A DNA stretch of 47,852 nucleotides from Candidatus Babelota bacterium. GTDB taxonomy: Bacteria > Babelota > Babeliae > Babelales > Vermiphilaceae. Under the pieces are notes generated by a model. It was given only the letters and a program-made list of their open reading frames with translations, made no database searches and had not been told where the DNA came from. Below, one piece after another: positions 28,492 through 39,782 of the stretch (positions within the stretch are counted from its first letter, which is position 1; every line of letters starts with the position of its first letter). The DNA is taken from contig JBMOLF010000021.1 in assembly GCA_049325595.1 (NCBI GenBank), forward strand, positions 1-47,852. The letters are read 5' to 3'. Made by a program: the position numbers and the translations under genes.

Positions 28492-30267
28492 ATGAATATT
28501 TTTAGTGTTATAAAATCGCGTGTCTCAATATTAGACGTTATAAGAGAGTATGCTTCACTAAAAAAGGCAGGAAACTATTGGAAAGGACATTGCCCTTTTC
28601 ATAGCGAAAAGACTGCATCATTTACCGTGAGCCCGCACAAAGAAATTTTTTATTGTTTTGGGTGCCATGCTGGTGGGGATCTTATTACCTTTATTGCTCA
28701 AATTGAGCAATGTACTCCTTTAGAAGCAGCACGCCATTTAGCCGAGCGCTATGGCATTCCAGTTTCATTTGATCAAGAAGAACAATTTACTCAAAAAAAT
28801 ACTGAAAAAAAGCAGTACCATGATCTTTGTAAGCTAGTTGCACAATGGTGCCATGCACAACTTCTCAAGTCTCCTTCTGCAATGTCATATTTACAGCAAC
28901 GGGGCATTGATATCAAAATGATAAAACATTTTGAACTTGGGTATTTTCCCGGAGGACTTGCGCAAGTAAATCAATTTATAAAAGACATGGCTAAGCATAC
29001 TATTCTAGCCGATGATCTGTTGCAAGCCCATATACTTGCCAAGGGCAAACAGATTCTTTTTTCTTCATTTGAAGAACGAATAATATTCCCTATAACTGAT
29101 CATTTAGGTCGTCATTGTGGCTTTGGTGGGAGAATATTTAAACCAAATGATACACGCGCAAAGTATTATAATTCACGGGAAAATGATTATTTTATTAAAG
29201 GTCATTTACTTTTTGGGCTCGATAAAGCTAAAAAAGCTATCCAACAAACCGAATCGGTTTTTTTGGTAGAAGGGTATACCGATTGTATAGCCATGGCTCA
29301 AGCTGGTTTTACTAATACAATTGCTACTTTAGGTACTGCGTGTACCGCTACGCACCTTGAAACATTAAGTCGCTATGCACAGCAACTTTTTGTCGTTTAC
29401 GACAATGACAATGCTGGAAACCAGGCGATTATGCGCATTGCCGAGCTTGCTTGGCACGCCAGTCTAGAGCTAAAAGTAATTTGCCTTCCTGCGGGAGAAG
29501 ATCCTGCATCTTTTCTACAAAAAAAAGGCAATTTATCTACATTAATTCAAGAATCGCCCGATATTTTTACTTTCTTGCTTAATCAATTGGGTACCAATTT
29601 TTCTACTAAGACCCTACAAGAAAAGCTGGGATTGATTAGAAAAATAATCGAAATCCTATCTAAAATAGAAGACCCACTTAAAAAAGACCTTTTATTAAGC
29701 CAGGCTGCCTATACCTTAGGCGTTCCGCTAGAGTCACTCAAAGGGGAGCTCAATAGGGCTATTAGTCACCAAAAAGAACGAGAATTGCCGACAATACCTT
29801 CAGCCCCGGCTAAAAATAGTGAAAAAAAGCGATTAACGGCGACAGAATTGCCCAGTTTGGAAAAGAAAATATTTTTTGCTATAATGAGTAATATCCAGAT
29901 ATTTAATAATAAAAATGAAAAATATCTCATAAACTATCTTCCACACCCATTATGCGATATACTTAAAAAGCTAAAGGTCGCTAAAAATACGAATGAAACA
30001 ATCACCTTTGCCCAGTTTTTTGACATGCTTGATATAGATGAAAAGCATTTTGTAAGTAATTTAGTTCTGGCAGGTGAAGAAAACATTCAAGAGCAGTCGT
30101 TTGACCATTTGCTGACCGAGCTAAAACGTAAGCATTGGAAGGTTATTGTGAAAGATATACAAACAAAACTTGAATCTGCCCGGAAGCAGAACCAAGAAAC
30201 CGAAGTAAAAAAAATACTCCAAGACTTTCTCGATTTAAAAAAAGAAATTTTTGAAAAAAATATATGA
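28492..30267 (+). CDS. dnaG: DNA primase
   Basis: CPFHSEKT...CFGC Zn finger, FGGR, KYYNS, TOPRIM VEGYTD and YDND. Confidence 0.97.
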   Translation: MNIFSVIKSRVSILDVIREYASLKKAGNYWKGHCPFHSEKTASFTVSPHKEIFYCFGCHAGGDLITFIAQIEQCTPLEAARHLAERYGIPVSFDQEEQFTQKNTEKKQYHDLCKLVAQWCHAQLLKSPSAMSYLQQRGIDIKMIKHFELGYFPGGLAQVNQFIKDMAKHTILADDLLQAHILAKGKQILFSSFEERIIFPITDHLGRHCGFGGRIFKPNDTRAKYYNSRENDYFIKGHLLFGLDKAKKAIQQTESVFLVEGYTDCIAMAQAGFTNTIATLGTACTATHLETLSRYAQQLFVVYDNDNAGNQAIMRIAELAWHASLELKVICLPAGEDPASFLQKKGNLSTLIQESPDIFTFLLNQLGTNFSTKTLQEKLGLIRKIIEILSKIEDPLKKDLLLSQAAYTLGVPLESLKGELNRAISHQKERELPTIPSAPAKNSEKKRLTATELPSLEKKIFFAIMSNIQIFNNKNEKYLINYLPHPLCDILKKLKVAKNTNETITFAQFFDMLDIDEKHFVSNLVLAGEENIQEQSFDHLLTELKRKHWKVIVKDIQTKLESARKQNQETEVKKILQDFLDLKKEIFEKNI

Positions 30268-30280
30268 CAGGTACCATCAT

Positions 30281-32263
30281 ATGAAAAAAGTCGAAAAATC
30301 TAAAACCACAAAAGACACTAAAAAATTATCTTCAAAGAAAACAACTAAACCTTCTGCTTCTACTACTAAAACTGGTTCTTCAAGTGTTGATCTAAAAAAA
30401 GAACTTATTGATGAGCTTATTGAAAAAGGTAAAAGATCAGGGGTTATAACCTACGAAGAAGTTATAGAATTTAGTGAAAAAAATCATTTTCTTGAATCAG
30501 AAACAAATGATTTACTACGCCAAATAGAACGTGAACATATCGATTTAGTAATGCAAGAAGAACTTGATGGCGAAGAAGGCTCAGGGCTTGGTGGGCTTGA
30601 TGGCGAAGAAGATGCTTCAAAAGCTCATATTAAAGCTAAATTAGAAAGCTCGTTAGATTTACAAGCCGATGAATATGAAGAAGAAGAAAGTGATGAATTT
30701 GAAGAAGGCGAAGACGAAGAAAAAGAAGTTATCCGTGAAGTAGGCGCTTCTCAAATTACTGATCCCGTAAAATGTTATTTACGCGATATTGGTAAAATTC
30801 CTTTGCTTAACAAAAAAACTGAAACCGTTATTGCCGACCAAATTGCTGCAAGTAAAACCGAGTCAATCGATGCATTGTCTCGATTCCCAGCAATTCATAA
30901 AGAATTTGTAACCATTGGTGAACGTCTTAACCAAAACAGTTTGCCCTTAAAAGATATTATTCAATTCTCTGATTTTGATGAAGAAAATGCGCCAAACATC
31001 AACGAAGAGAAAAAATCTTTATTGCAAACCATCAATGCTATAAAAGATTTAATCGCTAACGAAGAAAAAATTTATTTAAGCTATCGTGGCAAATTAGATT
31101 CTACCGAAAAAAAAGATGAGATGCTTGCCAAGGTTAAAGAAAATAAAGAAAAGATCGGCGAAATTATTCGTACTATTAAACTTTCTAATAAACTCATTAA
31201 GAAGTTAGCTAAAAAAATTGAGAAGTTTATTAAGAAGATTAAAGAAAAAGAAGAAATAATTCGTTTTTCACAAGAACAGCTAAAAGCTTATCAACAAATC
31301 AGCGCACCAACTGAAGACCAGCAATTTGCTATGGCTGAGCTTGATCGAAATATTAGAAGCTCAGCAAAAAGTATTAAAAAAATAGAAGCTGAAGTAGGTC
31401 TGCCGCAAAGTACCATGTTTAAATACTATGGTAAGTTAATGGGTGCTCTTTCTAAGGATAAACTGGCTAAAGATAATTTGGCAAAAGCAAACTTACGTCT
31501 TGTTGTTAACATTGCAAAAAAATATGTTAACCGTGGATTGCACTTTCTTGACTTAATTCAAGAAGGGAACATCGGGTTAATGAAAGCCGTAGAAAAATTC
31601 GAATTCGAGCGTGGCTTTAAATTCTCTACCTATGCAACATGGTGGATCAGACAGGCTATTACCCGTGCAATTGCTGACCAATCACGTACTATTCGTGTAC
31701 CAGTCCATATGGTAGAAACCTTGAATAAGATTAACAAAATTAAGCGCACCTTTATTCAAGAACATGGTAGAGAGCCATCTCACGCGGAATTAGCAAAAGA
31801 ACTCAATCTTGATGAGAAAAAAATAAAAAATATCATCAAAATTTCAAAAGAACCCGTATCGCTTGAAGCACCGGTTGGTGATAGTGAAGACGCGTATATT
31901 AAAGATTTTATTGAAAGTGATACCGATTTTTCACCATCTGATACCGTTGCAAATAACGACTTGAAAGAACGCGTTCGTGAAGTTCTAAAAACTCTTGCGC
32001 CTCGTGAAGAAAAAGTCTTAAAAATGCGTTTTGGCATTGACGTTGCATCTGAGCATACCCTTGAAGAAGTTGGTAAAGATTTCTCAGTTACTCGTGAGCG
32101 TATTCGTCAAATAGAAGTAAAAGCATTACGTAAATTAAGACATCCATCACGCAGTAAAAAACTACGTGCTTTCTTTGAAAAAGAGTTCGGTTTAGACTTT
32201 GAAGATCAAGGTATGGACATGGATGAAGATGATGATTCATTAGATTCAGATTCAATGGAGTAG
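30281..32263 (+). CDS. rpoD: RNA polymerase primary sigma factor
   Basis: [68 protein letters not shown]; start at ATG 30281; follows dnaG. Confidence 0.98.
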   Translation: MKKVEKSKTTKDTKKLSSKKTTKPSASTTKTGSSSVDLKKELIDELIEKGKRSGVITYEEVIEFSEKNHFLESETNDLLRQIEREHIDLVMQEELDGEEGSGLGGLDGEEDASKAHIKAKLESSLDLQADEYEEEESDEFEEGEDEEKEVIREVGASQITDPVKCYLRDIGKIPLLNKKTETVIADQIAASKTESIDALSRFPAIHKEFVTIGERLNQNSLPLKDIIQFSDFDEENAPNINEEKKSLLQTINAIKDLIANEEKIYLSYRGKLDSTEKKDEMLAKVKENKEKIGEIIRTIKLSNKLIKKLAKKIEKFIKKIKEKEEIIRFSQEQLKAYQQISAPTEDQQFAMAELDRNIRSSAKSIKKIEAEVGLPQSTMFKYYGKLMGALSKDKLAKDNLAKANLRLVVNIAKKYVNRGLHFLDLIQEGNIGLMKAVEKFEFERGFKFSTYATWWIRQAITRAIADQSRTIRVPVHMVETLNKINKIKRTFIQEHGREPSHAELAKELNLDEKKIKNIIKISKEPVSLEAPVGDSEDAYIKDFIESDTDFSPSDTVANNDLKERVREVLKTLAPREEKVLKMRFGIDVASEHTLEEVGKDFSVTRERIRQIEVKALRKLRHPSRSKKLRAFFEKEFGLDFEDQGMDMDEDDDSLDSDSME

Positions 32264-32275
32264 TAAAGGAAATAT

Positions 32276-33604
32276 ATGGAGACATCGGCTATAAGTTCGC
32301 TGCCCACAATGGGTTTATTCTTTTTCATTACGTTAGCATTGCGTGCACTATTTTCATTTTTAGAAACCAGTATCACTGCATTGCGTTTATTTAAATTAAA
32401 AGAATTAGCAATGACAACCGGAGGTTACGAATCACTTTTCCAATCACTGGAAAAGCAACCTCATAGAGTGCTCGTAACCATTCTGATTGCCAATAATTTA
32501 GCCGATGTTACCGTTGCAGCACTTGCTACTCGTATTGCTGAGACGATTGCTCAGTACTATAAGTTATCACAAGGGGTAGGATTCTCCTTAGGTATTGGTA
32601 TTGCAACATTTGCAATTTTGGTATTTGGAGAAATCTTACCTAAAAACATTGCAAAAGGTCGAAGCGAGCGCTTATTCAAATCAACACTTTGGGTAGTTAA
32701 TATTCTCTTTTATCTTTTTTATCCGGTTGTTTCATTTTTAACCCGTTTTGTTGATCTTATTGTTGGACTAGCAACTGGTCATAAATCAAAAGAAATTAGT
32801 AGCGAGTGGGTATCTTCAGAAAAAGAGATACAATTTTTAATCGACTATGTTTACGAGCAAGGTCTTATTGAACCTGAAAAAACAGAAATGCTCAAAAACG
32901 TTTTTGAATTGGGTAAAACCCCTGTTCGTGAAATTATGGTTCCTGATACCGATATTGTATCGGTAAATATAAACAATACACTCAAAGAAACACTGGCCGT
33001 ATTTACCCAACGTTCATTTACTCGTTTGCCGGTATATGAAGATAGTACCAACAATATCGTCGGCATGGTGCACATGAAAGATATCTTCTTATTAATTTCT
33101 AAGAATGAAGAAAAACCTCTTAAAGCTATTTTACGACCAATTATGTTCGTGCCTGAAAGCATGAAAGTAAATCAGCTATTGCGTGAATTCCGTCAAAAAC
33201 ACATGCATATTGCTATGGTAATTAACGAGCATGGCTCAATTACCGGTTTAATCACGCTCGAAGACGTACTTGAAGAAATAGTAGGCGAAATAAGCGATGA
33301 ACATGAACGAGCTGCTCAAGACGTTTTTCAACTTAAACAAGGTGGTTGGCTGGTCAATGCAAGTATTCCACTTGAAGAGTTAACTGACTTACTTAATATT
33401 ACTTTTGAAACAGAAGAATCACTCACCCTTGGTGGTTTTTTAACCGAACAATTACAACACTTACCAAAAAAAGGTGAACGACTACTGTACAAAAATTTTT
33501 ACTTCCAAGTTCAAAAAGCGAGTCAACGTCGTGTATTACAAGTCTTGATCTTTGAAGAGAAAAATTCAGAACATCTTAGTTATGATGATTCTAAAATAGA
33601 GTAA
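32276..33604 (+). CDS. HlyC/CorC (CNNM/DUF21 + CBS pair + CorC_HlyC) family protein
   Basis: FSFLET, VFGEILPK, RLPVY, GLITLEDVLEEIVGEI, TLGGF. Confidence 0.93.
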   Translation: METSAISSLPTMGLFFFITLALRALFSFLETSITALRLFKLKELAMTTGGYESLFQSLEKQPHRVLVTILIANNLADVTVAALATRIAETIAQYYKLSQGVGFSLGIGIATFAILVFGEILPKNIAKGRSERLFKSTLWVVNILFYLFYPVVSFLTRFVDLIVGLATGHKSKEISSEWVSSEKEIQFLIDYVYEQGLIEPEKTEMLKNVFELGKTPVREIMVPDTDIVSVNINNTLKETLAVFTQRSFTRLPVYEDSTNNIVGMVHMKDIFLLISKNEEKPLKAILRPIMFVPESMKVNQLLREFRQKHMHIAMVINEHGSITGLITLEDVLEEIVGEISDEHERAAQDVFQLKQGGWLVNASIPLEELTDLLNITFETEESLTLGGFLTEQLQHLPKKGERLLYKNFYFQVQKASQRRVLQVLIFEEKNSEHLSYDDSKIE

Positions 33605-33624
33605 GAAAAAAGGGGAGCGAGTAA

Positions 33625-34056
33625 ATGAACTATTATCTTTTTGCTATGATGCTATTGGCATGCAGTTTTTCATTAGTTGCAGCACCAAGACAATCATCTT
33701 CTGCCAAACAAACCTCATCGATAACAAACTCAACAGGACTCGATGAATTAGAAGATTTATCCGATAAAGAACTTATCAAGGCAATTTTACCTCATCTTGC
33801 ATTGGTACTTAAAAGCTTTTTTTGTATTGTTCAAGAACATCAAAATTTCAGTGCTGTTATTACTAATATTGGCCAAATGGTAATGAGCTTTTTCACCATT
33901 GGCGGTTATATGTTGCGCTCACCACATGATAACCAAATAAATGATAATGAGATTGTACGTTCTTACAAACAAAACCAGCAGAACATGTTATTGACAGCTC
34001 TTGCAAAACAGTATCAAATGGCAATCATACATCATTATGCTTGCTCAGCAGGTTGA
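33625..34056 (+). CDS. Secreted hypothetical protein
   Basis: AGGGGAG RBS; signal MNYYLFAMMLLACSFSLVA. Confidence 0.75.
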   Translation: MNYYLFAMMLLACSFSLVAAPRQSSSAKQTSSITNSTGLDELEDLSDKELIKAILPHLALVLKSFFCIVQEHQNFSAVITNIGQMVMSFFTIGGYMLRSPHDNQINDNEIVRSYKQNQQNMLLTALAKQYQMAIIHHYACSAG

Positions 34057-35051
34057 TGAGGTTGATAACTGAACAGTTCTTTTAGATCATGCAATGTATT
34101 GGTTAATGCAGCAACGGGGTGCATGCCTTCCTGTTGCTGCGTAAGATAAGCTTGTTGAACTTTTTTATTAATATGATCAATTAATTTTTGAGTTTCAGCA
34201 ACCGTATGAAGAGGAGGATGTAGTAATGTTCCAGCATTAAGCTGCCTAAGCATGTCCTCAACAAATACAAAGTTAATATTATTATTACTCAGATCAGCCA
34301 ATTCTTTTAAATAACAAATATTATCCGATCCTAAATCATCAAAAGTACTCATAAGCTCCGACGTAAGCGGATTATGACGAATCATTTTATTTTTAATAAT
34401 TTTAAGTTGGTTTATTCTGTTTTGAAGGCTACTGTTTTCTTTATCTTTTTTACAAAGATCATATTCATCAATACGCATTAATTTAAAAATTTTTTCATCT
34501 ACTTGATGCAAAAAAAAAGCAATATCCTCAGCCCTTAAAGCAGGAAAAAGCAGCTTGTCTTGGTAAATTTTTTTTCGTCTCTCTAAATAAGCTGTCACTG
34601 CTTTTAAAGTATCGATTAAAGTAGTATTAAAATAATAATGCTTAAGCCCGTTTTTATTAACCCGTTTTAAAACTGGTGTAGATCCTTTTTCAAGCATTGT
34701 CTTTTTTGTTATTGGACTCATAACTACAAATTTATTAATACCCAAAGAAGGAATTTTGGGTTTAATAAATTTTTCATAAATAGATTGGCACTCTTCTGAC
34801 TCAGATTTTGAAGAATGGTTGTTAAAAAAGCCATCGTAAAAATTTTTTTCATAATCATCATAATCTCGACCATTTTCTTGTTGTTTTGCATGAATGGATT
34901 CGAGCTCATAGATCTTACCCGTGACATATTTTTCTATGTGTTGAATGGCTTCGTATTTGCGATAGGTAGATTCGATTTTTTTCTCACCAGCACTTAACAA
35001 AAAATTAAACTGCGCAAGTATTAACAGAGCTAGTGTAAAAAAAATATTCAT
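34035..35051 (-). CDS. Secreted hypothetical protein
   Basis: Signal MNIFFTLALLILAQFNFLLSA; 338-aa ORF with no recognised domain. Confidence 0.78.
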   Translation of the reverse strand: MNIFFTLALLILAQFNFLLSAGEKKIESTYRKYEAIQHIEKYVTGKIYELESIHAKQQENGRDYDDYEKNFYDGFFNNHSSKSESEECQSIYEKFIKPKIPSLGINKFVVMSPITKKTMLEKGSTPVLKRVNKNGLKHYYFNTTLIDTLKAVTAYLERRKKIYQDKLLFPALRAEDIAFFLHQVDEKIFKLMRIDEYDLCKKDKENSSLQNRINQLKIIKNKMIRHNPLTSELMSTFDDLGSDNICYLKELADLSNNNINFVFVEDMLRQLNAGTLLHPPLHTVAETQKLIDHINKKVQQAYLTQQQEGMHPVAALTNTLHDLKELFSYQPHQPAEQA

Positions 35052-35111
35052 AATACATCCATATGCTTATTAGATTAGAATGACATACGTTTTTTATCGA
35101 GGGTAACGCAT

Positions 35112-35930
35112 ATGAACAAACAATCAAGACTTTTTGTAAAATTATTTTTTTTTATTTTCTTTTTTGACTATTACTTTTCTAACTTTAATATACTGTTTGC
35201 AATTCCAATAAAGCTTAATAATGCAGATATTGAACTTATAACACAAAAAATTTTTCATAATGAATGCAGTAAATCATATGAAAAACTTGTTTATTGGAAT
35301 CCACATGAAGCTTTTCCCTCGTTAGGGATTGGTCATTTTATTTGGGTACCCTCAAAAACTAATGTCTCTTTCTCTCAAACTTTCCCAGATTTATTAGATT
35401 ATTTAGAGCAACACGGCATCAAAATTCCTTCATGGATTAATGAAAATAAAGAATGCCCATGGAATACCAGAGATGAGTTTTTATCAGTAAAATCGAGCAA
35501 ACAACGTAAAGAACTTTTTTTAATGTTAAAAAACAGTTTAGAATTACAAGTTCAATTTATAATCTCACGATTAATTAATAAATTAGACTATATACTCGAT
35601 GATTTACCACCGGCAGTCTCACATAAAGTGCGGGCCAATATTACATTCCTACTGCAAACAAAAAATGGTATATATGCATTAATTGACTATCTCAATTTTA
35701 AAGGAGATGGGCTTAACAAACGCGAACATTACAATGGTCATTATTGGGGGTTAAAACAAGTATTATGTGAAATGAGTAAATGTTCTGATGCACAACAAGC
35801 AATTAGTGAGTTTATTCGCTCAGCACAGTTTCTACTTAGTCAGAGAATTGCCCATGCGCCACGCAATGAATCTCATTGGCGTGCAGGTTGGTTCAATCGC
35901 TTAGAGTCGTACCGTGTTCCACTCAGTTAA
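35112..35930 (+). CDS. Conserved exported protein, possible lysozyme-like fold
   Basis: NE...WN..EAFPSLGIGHFIW, ALIDYLNFKGDG, WGLKQVL, C-terminal GWFNRL; N-terminal hydrophobic segment. Confidence 0.75.
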   Translation: MNKQSRLFVKLFFFIFFFDYYFSNFNILFAIPIKLNNADIELITQKIFHNECSKSYEKLVYWNPHEAFPSLGIGHFIWVPSKTNVSFSQTFPDLLDYLEQHGIKIPSWINENKECPWNTRDEFLSVKSSKQRKELFLMLKNSLELQVQFIISRLINKLDYILDDLPPAVSHKVRANITFLLQTKNGIYALIDYLNFKGDGLNKREHYNGHYWGLKQVLCEMSKCSDAQQAISEFIRSAQFLLSQRIAHAPRNESHWRAGWFNRLESYRVPLS

Positions 35931-36661
35931 TTATTCATTTGGCTGCAATTGATTTTTGTAACGATCATACAGCTCTTTTATTTTTTTTGACACTAAATCA
36001 ATTGCATCTTCAATCTTTTTCCCTGCTTGTTTTTTGTATTCATCTATTTCTCGATTCACTTTCCCTTCAGCCTGTTTTTGTAAATCTTCATAGATCTTTT
36101 TTGCTTTTGCTTTAAGTGGATCAAGGAGAGTTTCTTGGTTAATTATTTTACCGCTTTTTAACGATTGTAATGCGCGCTCAATTTGATTTGCTTGGGCTTC
36201 TTTTAGTCTAGCAATAACTGCTGCAGATTTAATGCCCGTTTGTTGAGCAATCTCTTTATAAATACGTGCTTGCAATTTTATTTTTTTAATTTTCAATACT
36301 AACCATTCACCAATATTTTCAAATGATTTTTTAAAGCCTTGAACTGGAACAATAAATTGCTGTAAATCTGCTTTTACTACTTTCAAGTCGTTAATAAGTT
36401 TTTGCAAGACATCTTGATGGGATGCAACTAATCGATTTTGATTAGATAGTTGATCAAATACTTTTTCTATTTCTTTGATTTTGAAATCGATTTTTTGAAT
36501 TTCTAAATCAATACCAGCACGCACTAATTCCGGTGAAATAGTAACTGATTTATTTTTTATTTGCAGCGCAAATTGCGCTAACGTATCAGCAGGAATATCT
36601 GATAAAGATGCTAGAGCGCTCAAATTCCCCAAAATGCTTGTTAATAAAATTAATTTTTCAT
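35931..36661 (-). pseudogene. Secreted coiled-coil protein with a frameshift at codon 2-3 (or a sequencing error)
   Basis: ATG AAA AAT TAA at 36661. Adding one A to the A5 run gives MKKLILLTSILGNLSALA in frame with ORF 35931..36632. Confidence 0.65.
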
Positions 36662-36873
36662 GATTATTACTCTCAATTAATTTTTTATGCGATCGGTATA
36701 ATTTAATATGCTTTTTTAATCATATCAAAAGCATTACTTTCTATCTGAAATAGTAATCAATTTTACCCTTTATTTTCAATATTTTTTAATTTTTTAAAGA
36801 TGAAACTTTTCGTTTAAATTTGACAAATATTCTTTTTAGGGTTAAATCCGATGTATATACCTTAAAGGATCAT

Positions 36874-37389
36874 ATGAAACGATTATATACCCCATGGCGT
36901 AGCTCTTACGCTTCTGCCGTTCAAGGAACAAAAGATCCTAATGCAACAGCTGCTGATTGCGCATTTTGTTCACAGTTAAAAGAAAATAATGACGCAAAAA
37001 ATTATATTTTAAAAAGATTTAAACATAGTTATGTAGTGCTTAACAAATATCCATACAATGCTGGTCATTTACTAGTAATACCTTTTGAGCACAAACCACA
37101 ATTGCATACATTATCACTTGAAGCACGGCATGAGCTTATGGACGTACTAAATCAAGCTATACAAGCAGTGCAATCACATCTTGGTGCACAAGGAGTTAAT
37201 GTTGGATTAAATCTTGGTAGAGCTGCAGGAGCAGGAATCCCATCTCATCTTCATTTTCATGTTTTGCCACGCTGGGATGGTGACACCAATTTTTTGCCAA
37301 CTCTTGCAAATGTTAAAACTATTTCATTTGATTTAAATGAAATGTATCTTAAATTAAAACCATTTTTTGCAAATACACCGGGCGAATAA
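36874..37389 (+). CDS. HIT-family protein (Ap4A phosphorylase/hydrolase-like)
   Basis: RLYTPWR, CAFC, NKYPYNAGH, HLHFHVLPRW..DTNF; AAGGA RBS before ATG 36874. Confidence 0.92.
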   Translation: MKRLYTPWRSSYASAVQGTKDPNATAADCAFCSQLKENNDAKNYILKRFKHSYVVLNKYPYNAGHLLVIPFEHKPQLHTLSLEARHELMDVLNQAIQAVQSHLGAQGVNVGLNLGRAAGAGIPSHLHFHVLPRWDGDTNFLPTLANVKTISFDLNEMYLKLKPFFANTPGE

Positions 37390-37430
37390 CTCTCAATCGT
37401 AACAGCAAAACTCGATTAAAAGGTTAGATT

Positions 37431-38870
37431 ATGCTTTCGATTAGAAAAAAAATTATTTTAACACTCGCTATTATTTCTTGCTCAAGTTATGCCTATAAAA
37501 ATGATCAATCAAATTTTTTAAAATTTTGGTGCACTAAAAACTTGCAAGAACTCGAGGAACAATCATTGTCAGCAATGGATGAAATAATGATTCATCTCAG
37601 TTACTGGCGTGCAGAAGAAAAAAAAATAACGACATCACGATTATCACCATCTTTAAGTTCTTGTTCGCTCTCGATAATCAAAAATAATGTCCAAGCACTT
37701 GAAAAAGCATTTAACCAAAAAGCATCTTTCTTAGGAACCATTTATCAATTAAAAAACCAGCTTAAAACAGGATCTGACGCCGCCATAGCAGAATCGATTA
37801 AAAAAACACATAAAGCATTAATAAGCGAAGTTGGTCGTACAGATACCTTAAATGATGCAACCATTACCCGCTTTGATTCAGCACAAAAAATTACTCAAGA
37901 TATATACAGCCTTGCTGTTAATGAACTGCCGACTAATTTTAAAAATTCAATTCAACCTTATAAACGACCATCATGGTATCAAGCAAATAAAAAATATCTT
38001 ATTGCAGCTGGTGCGCTTACCACTGCGCTTGCAGCAAGCTATTGGTTACACAAAGCTGCTATAGCAAAAACCTGTAATAAATACGTTGGCATAGTGGGAG
38101 ATTTTTTCAAAAATCATATTATCCATCCATTGCTGCTCATAAAACAAATCATAATTGATAAACGCAATGATATGATCATGTCACAAGAATCATACGATCA
38201 AACAAAAATAAAAACCGAAGAAAAATTAGATAAGCTTTTTCAAAGAGTAGACCCGCAATTAACCGAAGAAGAAAGAAAACATCGAATAATACAGATAACT
38301 GTACATAATAATATGAGTTATCTAGATGATATATGGCATGATCAATTTAGCAATTTTTTTAACCGCGCAATTTGGAATCTTTACGAAGGAAAACTAGCAC
38401 TATTAGAGTCTAGCTCTGCACAAATATTGGTACATAAATTACAAACATACAAAATTTTAATGCAAGCATCACGAGACTTACAATTGTTACTACCTGTTGC
38501 TGCGCTTACTCCAACTGCATTGCTTGCATTTGCTGGCTACAAATTAACAAACAAAAGTTTATCTGCTTTAATGAGTGAAAAAAGCCCTGATGCAACGATT
38601 AAATCGATAAAACAAAATATGATTGCGATTGAACGCATAATCAATTATCACAACAAAAATAATCAAACATTACAAAATGAGCATATTGGTCAATTGCTCT
38701 ATCATAGCAATCAAATAAAAAAGGCAATTAAAAAACATAAAAAAATCGACCCTTTCATATTCTTGCAAGATCTTGCAGAGCTTGAATCACTCGATTTAAC
38801 ATTAAGCCAAAAAATGGCGGTAATTGATCGTATGTATAGAACCTATGAAATTCTAGGGTATAAATTATAG
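37431..38870 (+). CDS. Secreted/membrane protein resembling Nca2/DGS1
   Basis: Signal peptide, two internal TM segments; motifs FFKNHIIHPL, IERII, GQLLY, QDLAEL, QKMAVIDRM...Y resemble the NCA2 family as I recall it. Confidence 0.65.
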   Translation: MLSIRKKIILTLAIISCSSYAYKNDQSNFLKFWCTKNLQELEEQSLSAMDEIMIHLSYWRAEEKKITTSRLSPSLSSCSLSIIKNNVQALEKAFNQKASFLGTIYQLKNQLKTGSDAAIAESIKKTHKALISEVGRTDTLNDATITRFDSAQKITQDIYSLAVNELPTNFKNSIQPYKRPSWYQANKKYLIAAGALTTALAASYWLHKAAIAKTCNKYVGIVGDFFKNHIIHPLLLIKQIIIDKRNDMIMSQESYDQTKIKTEEKLDKLFQRVDPQLTEEERKHRIIQITVHNNMSYLDDIWHDQFSNFFNRAIWNLYEGKLALLESSSAQILVHKLQTYKILMQASRDLQLLLPVAALTPTALLAFAGYKLTNKSLSALMSEKSPDATIKSIKQNMIAIERIINYHNKNNQTLQNEHIGQLLYHSNQIKKAIKKHKKIDPFIFLQDLAELESLDLTLSQKMAVIDRMYRTYEILGYKL

Positions 38871-39782
38871 ATCAGTTAAAAGCATATCGAGCTGTAACCG
38901 CGCTTTAGAAAGCGAATGTGCTTGTTTTTCCATATCTTTCCATGGATCTGTTCGCTTTTTAAGTGCATCAAAAACATTATAAATCGTGTATCTTTGCGCG
39001 GTAAGCTTTTTATCTTCGATTTCTGTCCATGGCACAGGCATTGCTATGGGTGCGCCTTCTTTGGGTCTTACTGAATAAGGGGCAACACTGGTAGCACCTT
39101 GGCTATTGCGCAACCAGTCAATAAAAATTTTTTTTCCTCTTTTGTTTTTGCGCATTTCAAGTGTTAAGTTTTTTGCATCATAAGAAAGTAACACGCGGGC
39201 AATATCATGAGAGAATTTCTTAACAAATTCATAGTTATATAATCGCTTAATTGGTATCCAAATATGCAATCCGCGAGAACCAGTTGTCATAACATATGAT
39301 TCAAGCCCCAGTTCTTTAAGCAAATCTTTTAATCGCAATGCTGTTGTACGAACTAGATTAAAATCAAAATTTTTTCCCGATGGATCTAAGTCAAAAACAA
39401 TACGATCGGGGTAATTTAATTTATCAATACGACTGAGCCACGGATGTATGGTAATACAAGCAAGATTGGCAAGATATACTAATGTTGCTGCATTATTTAC
39501 TACCACATAATCAACTGTTCCATCTGTTTTGGCAATTTTCTTACGTTTAATCCAAGCAGGAAAATAATCGGCTGCATCTTTTTGATAAAAACCTTCGTGA
39601 TCAATACCCTCAGGAAATCGTTGCATACTAATTGGTCTATCTTTAAGATAACCAAGCATGTGTGATGCAATATGCAAATAATAGGCAATAAATTCTTCTT
39701 TGGTGATTTTTGATTTAGGGAATAAGATTCGATCTGGGTTAGTAATAGTTACGTTGTATGCGCCAACTTTAATTTTCGTCAT
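38865..39782 (-). CDS. Stand-alone LigD polymerase (AEP primase-polymerase) domain
   Basis: ITNPDRILFP, RFPEGI, FYQK, VFDLDP, TTGSRGLH, IFIDWLRN, APYSVR. Confidence 0.93.
   Translation of the reverse strand: MTKIKVGAYNVTITNPDRILFPKSKITKEEFIAYYLHIASHMLGYLKDRPISMQRFPEGIDHEGFYQKDAADYFPAWIKRKKIAKTDGTVDYVVVNNAATLVYLANLACITIHPWLSRIDKLNYPDRIVFDLDPSGKNFDFNLVRTTALRLKDLLKELGLESYVMTTGSRGLHIWIPIKRLYNYEFVKKFSHDIARVLLSYDAKNLTLEMRKNKRGKKIFIDWLRNSQGATSVAPYSVRPKEGAPIAMPVPWTEIEDKKLTAQRYTIYNVFDALKKRTDPWKDMEKQAHSLSKARLQLDMLLTDL

Noticed and set aside
30563..30612. Direct repeat CTTGATGGCGAAGAAG in rpoD
   Set aside because: A short in-frame duplication (LDGEE) in the variable acidic linker; ordinary low-complexity sequence.
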